A stretch of DNA of 64,000 bases from positions 2,240,001 to 2,304,000 of the forward strand of contig CAXXMD010000003.1 of NCBI GenBank assembly GCA_963675755.2, read 5' to 3'. The notes under the pieces are model-generated. The model saw only the letters and a program-made list of their open reading frames with translations, was not told the DNA's origin and made no database searches. Every line of letters starts with the position of its first letter. Within the stretch, counting starts at the first letter, position 1. Both the position numbers and the translations under genes were made by a program. Source of the DNA: a bacterium (GTDB lineage Bacteria > Zhuqueibacterota > Zhuqueibacteria > Residuimicrobiales > Krinioviventaceae). This document shows, piece by piece, positions 59,107-64,000 of this stretch.

Positions 59107-60193
59107 GTTTGTTCCTTTGTTCCGTATCCAATAGTTTTAACAGTATTTTCACTGCATCCAGATATATATCATCCGCGCGTACAAAATCCAGTTCATTGCC
59201 TATAAGCCAGGAGGTTGATGGGCTTTCCATTATCCATTTTTCTTTGTTGATAGAGACATTGTTTTGTAATTGTTCTACCTGTATTCCATTTTTTAGCGAT
59301 TCGATTATCCATTTTTCAGTGTCTGTTTCAATCTCGACAGATATAATATCACCTGCTGGCATTTCAGAATTTTGGTTATTTAATAAAAGTTCAATATTTT
59401 TATCTTTGGTGCTAAACACTAAACCTGTTTGGTTTTTTTCCTGCAACTGCCAGCCGAGTCGTGATGACAGCCAACCTGCTAAAAAGTAAGCCGTGCTGGA
59501 CATATCTTTGCCTGAATAGAGAATTTTGACCTTGCTGATTTCAGATAAATTTGAGGCACTCTGGCCGTCAAACAGCCTTGCAATGGTTTCTCGCCAGTTT
59601 GTTAGACGGGCCCATTGCAGATCGCTGATTTTACTAACATCTGCTGCAAACAACGTATGCCGCAGGAATAGTGTAAAATCTTTGACAGATGCAAACGTAG
59701 CCGGACTGTCAAGAATTGTCCGTTCTATATTTTTTTGAAAAGGTCCAAGATTTGGGTGATTCAGCACCCTATTGTCTGCGCTCCATAAATACACGGGCAG
59801 ATCTGGCAATAGTAACGGTAAAAGTGTGCCGGGAAGATGTTTTTCTCCCTCGGGACTTGTTTCCAGCGAGATCAGTTCACAGCAAATTTGAATACCATCT
59901 TCACGTGGTGGATGACAGAATGCAGAAATCGATGACTTTATCGTTTCGTCCTGGCGTTCTGTATCAATAAATACAGTTATGATCCTTCCGGGGTGGTGCT
60001 CGGTGATGTCCGGAATAGTATCCATTATATTTTCAAAATTACTACGATTGTGACAGGTAATGATCAGGTTCAGGCTGCTTGCTTTGACGGTTGGCCCGTT
60101 GCTGTCATCTGTCAGCGTTTGTTCCCAAATCTGCTTGAAATTTGATTCTATTTTATCCAGTTCTGTTTCAATTCCAATATTCTTTACGTTCAT
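59093..60193 (-). CDS. opcA: Glucose-6-phosphate dehydrogenase assembly/effector protein OpcA
   Basis: HPGRII, ICCELI, LLLPDLPVYLW, DLQWARLTNWRE; located between zwf and pgl. Confidence 0.9.
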   Translation of the reverse strand: MNVKNIGIETELDKIESNFKQIWEQTLTDDSNGPTVKASSLNLIITCHNRSNFENIMDTIPDITEHHPGRIITVFIDTERQDETIKSSISAFCHPPREDGIQICCELISLETSPEGEKHLPGTLLPLLLPDLPVYLWSADNRVLNHPNLGPFQKNIERTILDSPATFASVKDFTLFLRHTLFAADVSKISDLQWARLTNWRETIARLFDGQSASNLSEISKVKILYSGKDMSSTAYFLAGWLSSRLGWQLQEKNQTGLVFSTKDKNIELLLNNQNSEMPAGDIISVEIETDTEKWIIESLKNGIQVEQLQNNVSINKEKWIMESPSTSWLIGNELDFVRADDIYLDAVKILLKLLDTEQRNKHEIY

Positions 60194-61725
60194 AACCGTC
60201 TCCAGTTCCTTTTATCCTGACTCAAGAGGTTATCTGCTTCCTGGGGTCCCCAGGTTCCGGCAGTATATTGCGGAACAAGTGTGTTGCTGTTTTGCCAGTA
60301 TTCGAGAATGGGCGTTACCAGTTCCCATGCTTTTTTATTTTCGTCTGAGCGGGTGAATAATGTCGAATCACCAATCATGGCGTCAAGCAGTAATCGTTCA
60401 TAAGCATCGGGAGGAGCATCTCCAAAACTGGTGCCATAGCGAAAATCCATGGTTACCGGTCTAATGGTTTCACCGGGACCCGGTATTTTAGAATCGAATT
60501 TGAGGGTAATGCCTTCATCCGGCTGAATTTTAAGCGTCAGTACATTGGGAGGAATCTCTCCCTCGGGTCGCTCACCAAACAGCTGCAACGGTGCTTCTTT
60601 AAAATAGATTGCAATTTCGGTTACACGTTTGGGCATGCGTTTTCCTGCACGAAGATAGAACGGTACGTTTGCCCAGCGCCAGTTATCAATAAAAAGTTTC
60701 ATTGCAACATAAGTCTCGGTTTTAGAAGTGTCGGGAACGCCATCTTCTTCAAGGTAGCCGGGAACGGTTTCACCCAACATCGATCCGGATGCGTATTGAC
60801 CTCTTACTACATTTTGTTTGATCGAGTTTAAAGAGAGCTCTTTGACAGCTTTGAGTACTTTGACTTTTTCATCTCGAACCGCATTAGCATCGAAAGCAGA
60901 AGGGGGCTCCATAGCAAACAGACTGAACAATTGCAGCATATGGTTTTGTACAATATCCCTCATAATGCCTGTTTCTTCAAAGAAACGTCCCCGCCCTTCA
61001 ACGCCAATACTTTCAGCAACAGTAATCTGTACATGATCAATGTAGCGACGGTTCCAAATGGGTTCAAAAATACCATTGGCAAAACGAAAAACCAGAATAT
61101 TCTGTACGGTTTCTTTGCCCAGATAATGGTCAATACGGTAAATCTGGTCTTCTGTAAATACCTTGCTGATAACCTGGTCCAGCTCCAGAGCACTGTTGAG
61201 GTCCTGGCCAAAGGGTTTTTCAATAATAATACGGGTCCAGCCTTTATCATTTTGCGCCAGATTTGTTTTACCTATCTGCTCAATAATGGCTTCGTACTGA
61301 GAGGGCGGAGTAGCCAGGTAAAACAGGCGGTTGGGGACCAGATTGTTTTCTTGTTCATGGTCCTGAAGAACGGTTTTTAATGCAGAATACGGCTCTGTTT
61401 GTGTAAAATCTCCCATATGATACTGGATCAAGGAAAGAAATTTGGAAACATTTTTGTTTTTTTCTATATTGACCTTGGCGTATTTTATCAATCCCTCTTC
61501 CATATCCTTAACAAAATCCTGGGTGGTTTTGGGGCGACGGGCAAATGCAATTATTTTGAAATTTGAGGGTAAAAGTCCTTGTTCATATAAATTAAACAAA
61601 GAAGGAACAAGTTTTCTGCGGGTCAGATCACCGGTGGCCCCCAGAATGATCAAGGTGTTGGGGCCGGGCATTCTTTTTAATCTCATGCCTTTGCGCAGCG
61701 GGTTTTCAGAGCTTTGTGCTTGCAT
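60190..61725 (-). CDS. zwf: Glucose-6-phosphate 1-dehydrogenase
   Basis: GATGDL, EKPFG, RIDHYLGKETVQN, RDIVQNH, WRWANVPFYLR.GK, AYERLL. Start is 61725 or 61761. Confidence 0.97.
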   Translation of the reverse strand: MQAQSSENPLRKGMRLKRMPGPNTLIILGATGDLTRRKLVPSLFNLYEQGLLPSNFKIIAFARRPKTTQDFVKDMEEGLIKYAKVNIEKNKNVSKFLSLIQYHMGDFTQTEPYSALKTVLQDHEQENNLVPNRLFYLATPPSQYEAIIEQIGKTNLAQNDKGWTRIIIEKPFGQDLNSALELDQVISKVFTEDQIYRIDHYLGKETVQNILVFRFANGIFEPIWNRRYIDHVQITVAESIGVEGRGRFFEETGIMRDIVQNHMLQLFSLFAMEPPSAFDANAVRDEKVKVLKAVKELSLNSIKQNVVRGQYASGSMLGETVPGYLEEDGVPDTSKTETYVAMKLFIDNWRWANVPFYLRAGKRMPKRVTEIAIYFKEAPLQLFGERPEGEIPPNVLTLKIQPDEGITLKFDSKIPGPGETIRPVTMDFRYGTSFGDAPPDAYERLLLDAMIGDSTLFTRSDENKKAWELVTPILEYWQNSNTLVPQYTAGTWGPQEADNLLSQDKRNWRRL

Positions 61726-61842
61726 ATTACGACCTTTGCATTGGGTTAATGTTTTGTTCAATTAACACCATGTAAATTGTCAAAATTCCGGTTATTGTTT
61801 TCAACTCGTCTGGTGTTTTAGAAACTGTCTACAGGAGTTTAG

Positions 61843-63312
61843 ATGAAAAAAATATTCAAAGTATTCATTGTTTTAATCATTACAGCTATGCTATTGGTCC
61901 TTTATGCTGTAGAGTTTGAACGCTATAATGTAAAGGTTGAAGAGATAACATTCAAGAGTTCAAAAATACATAATGATATTAAAATGGTCCATCTCTCGGA
62001 CCTTCATATTCTTCATTATACGGATTATGAAGATAAAGTTTTGAAAAAAGTGAATGCCCTGAATCCGGATGTTATTGTGATTACCGGAGATTTTTTCCCC
62101 GGTTCTGACATGCTGGAGATGGGACGACGGGCGGATATACGAAAGAATATAGAATATATTTTAAAATTTGTAACCGGGCTCAAGAGCAAATATGGTATTT
62201 GGGTGAGCCGGGGTAATGATGATTTTAGTAACGATATTGAGATCAGTGACCTGCTGCCTGAAGCGCTGTTGAGCAAAGGTGTGCACGTATTTACCAGCAC
62301 CGGTGGGTTCATGCCGCTGGGTACAGACACGCTGTTTGCAGCAGGTTTGGATTATACCGGTTATAATATCCGGGATGTTGCTGATCTTGTGATTAAAGAA
62401 CTAGAAGGTAACAAGATCTTTGAATCTCACTGGTCACGTAAAAATGCCTATTCTCACCTGGCGGATTTGAAGGATGAGAGCCAATGGCACGATTATACCT
62501 ATACCGGAAGATTCAGACAGACCCGGAACAAAAAGAGTGGTGTGGGCATTACTTTTTACTCTCAGATGCACAAAGGATTCGACAAGTTTTATCGGCTCCG
62601 TCAAACCGGTGAAGGCAACACGTTTCAGTTCTCGCCGCATGGTACCCGGGTGCAGGGAGATTCTTTGGATACGGGATTTAGCCCGCGTTTTAACAGATGG
62701 GTAAATTTTAAAATTCAATGTCGTACATTTGATGCATATACTGAAACTCGAGCCAAAGTGTGGTATGAAAGCTCAACCGAACCCACTAAATGGATGGCGG
62801 TAGCGCGAGATTCATCAAATAGCCGTTTAAAAGCGGGGAGTATTGGATTGTGGACCGCGGGTATGGGAGATAGGCAATATGATGATCTGTGTGTAACAAC
62901 ACTGGCTGGAGATACTTTATTGTTTGAGGATTTTGAAGCGTATTCTCTGGAAAGTGATCCTCCAGGCTGGCTGGATTTTGGATACCCGGAAGAGGTTATC
63001 CCTTTTTATTTCAAAGACCTGCCTGACCGATATCTGTCATTACTCTTGGCGCATACACCCTCGTATGTATATGAAGCGGATAAATACAATGTGGATTTGA
63101 TGCTAAGCGGACACACACATGGCGGTCAGATACGGATGCCCTTTGTAGGACCTGTATATAACAATACGACTATGAACAAGCGTTATATGAAAGGATTGCA
63201 CAAGTTTGAGCATACAACGTTGTATGTAACCCGCGGTATTGGTACAGTACTGGTACCCGCGCGGACGTTTTGTCCCCCTGAAATTACGCTGATTCATTTA
63301 AAAGCGGAATAA
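61843..63312 (+). CDS. YkuE-like metallophosphoesterase with a large inserted beta-sandwich domain
   Basis: N-terminal TM; HLSDLH, TGDF, GNDD, then an ~200-aa insert, then LAHTP, LSGHTHGGQ, LYVTRGIG, PEIT. Confidence 0.85.
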   Translation: MKKIFKVFIVLIITAMLLVLYAVEFERYNVKVEEITFKSSKIHNDIKMVHLSDLHILHYTDYEDKVLKKVNALNPDVIVITGDFFPGSDMLEMGRRADIRKNIEYILKFVTGLKSKYGIWVSRGNDDFSNDIEISDLLPEALLSKGVHVFTSTGGFMPLGTDTLFAAGLDYTGYNIRDVADLVIKELEGNKIFESHWSRKNAYSHLADLKDESQWHDYTYTGRFRQTRNKKSGVGITFYSQMHKGFDKFYRLRQTGEGNTFQFSPHGTRVQGDSLDTGFSPRFNRWVNFKIQCRTFDAYTETRAKVWYESSTEPTKWMAVARDSSNSRLKAGSIGLWTAGMGDRQYDDLCVTTLAGDTLLFEDFEAYSLESDPPGWLDFGYPEEVIPFYFKDLPDRYLSLLLAHTPSYVYEADKYNVDLMLSGHTHGGQIRMPFVGPVYNNTTMNKRYMKGLHKFEHTTLYVTRGIGTVLVPARTFCPPEITLIHLKAE

Positions 63313-63314
63313 TA

Positions 63315-64000
63315 TCAATAGGTGTTACGCAGACGTTTGATGATAACCAGGGTTGCATCATCATCCCATGCGACCCGGTTGCCAAATTCATAAACCGTAT
63401 CGAATACCAGATCAACAAGTTCTCTGGCTGACAGGTTTTTGTTCTTCTGCACCAGTTTTTTTAACCGTCCGAGTTCGAATTGTTCGTGTTTGTCATTTTC
63501 ACGTTCGACAATTCCATCACTAAAGATGACAAGTACCGAGTCTTCGGGGAGCTGTGCATATGAACGGTGGAGTTCAATATCTTTCATAAAACCCAGTGTA
63601 ATACCGGTTGCCGGCAATTCTTTGATCTTTTTGTCTTTAACAATAAAAGGTGCCGGGTGGCCCGCGTTTGCGTAAAACAAATGCCCATCCGGTTCAATCT
63701 CTCCCACAAACAGGGATACGAAATTGGTTGAATACGTACTGCGCTGTATCACTTCATTCAGCTTTCTAATGGTATGAACCAATCGTAGCTCTTTAGCGAG
63801 TCCCATTCTCAATCCAATAACAACATCTCGTACAAGCAGTGCTGCAGGTAAACCATGACCGCTGGCATCGCCAAAGCTTACGCCAAAAATACCTTCATCC
63901 AGATCAAAGTAATCATAAAAGTCGCCACCTACATATTCTGCAGGATTAGAGCGGCCCGCAATGTCATATCCTTTGTATTCCGGTGGTTTTTTGGGCAGCA
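63315..64000 (-). CDS. PP2C-type (SpoIIE/RsbU-like) protein phosphatase, C-terminal part (5' end outside window)
   Basis: Frame is open to the window edge: LP...VGGDFYD, GDASGHGLPAAL, YANAGH, FSDGIVE, DDATL. Confidence 0.92.
   Translation of the reverse strand, partial: LPKKPPEYKGYDIAGRSNPAEYVGGDFYDYFDLDEGIFGVSFGDASGHGLPAALLVRDVVIGLRMGLAKELRLVHTIRKLNEVIQRSTYSTNFVSLFVGEIEPDGHLFYANAGHPAPFIVKDKKIKELPATGITLGFMKDIELHRSYAQLPEDSVLVIFSDGIVERENDKHEQFELGRLKKLVQKNKNLSARELVDLVFDTVYEFGNRVAWDDDATLVIIKRLRNTY

Noticed and set aside
1-64000. rRNA, tRNA, prophage, intact transposase, defence island, recoded stop codons
   Set aside because: None recognised by eye, and all full-length genes appear intact in the standard code; tRNAscan-SE and Infernal runs would be needed to exclude small RNAs formally.

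Overview
Gene-dense bacterial chromosomal window, roughly 40-45% GC by eye. Its gene content (GWxTD protein, DUF6057, DUF1080s, PorV/PorQ-like barrels, a FlgD-Ig C-terminal sorting-type domain, a peptidase-PD40-Omp85 fusion) points to an FCB-superphylum organism such as KSB1 or Calditrichaeota; this assignment is inference. About 48 CDSs were called; no rRNA, tRNA, CRISPR array, phage gene or intact transposase was seen. Recognisable blocks: a SigH/SigR-like ECF sigma with a 1Fe superoxide reductase; carbohydrate enzymes (two DUF1080, GH78-PA14, GH2, sugar ABC components); a CymR-like Rrf2-metY-cysK-metX-metW sulfur operon; an ECF/anti-sigma/lipoprotein triad; a PHP/CDP-alcohol phosphotransferase/GNAT operon; Omp85 fusion-yitJ-GWxTD; and zwf-opcA-pgl-cysE-epimerase-ABC-2 exporter. 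The main signals not explained by routine annotation are four. (1) A candidate ~170-nt sigma54-type, structured, terminator-ended ncRNA at about 9264-9436 (-), whose promoter nearly matches that of the PHP operon. (2) An ~11.7-kb surface-protein locus (41333-53018) with a Tat lipoprotein, a 2188-aa phosphoesterase-tipped repeat stalk protein ending in a sorting-type domain, and two PorV/FadL-like barrels. (3) Three convergent intergenic regions built from shared mini-repeat modules, with no cognate transposase in the window. (4) A shared GGGAAC-N18-GT[TA] ECF-type promoter upstream of two envelope genes. All family assignments are by eye from motifs, not from database searches.
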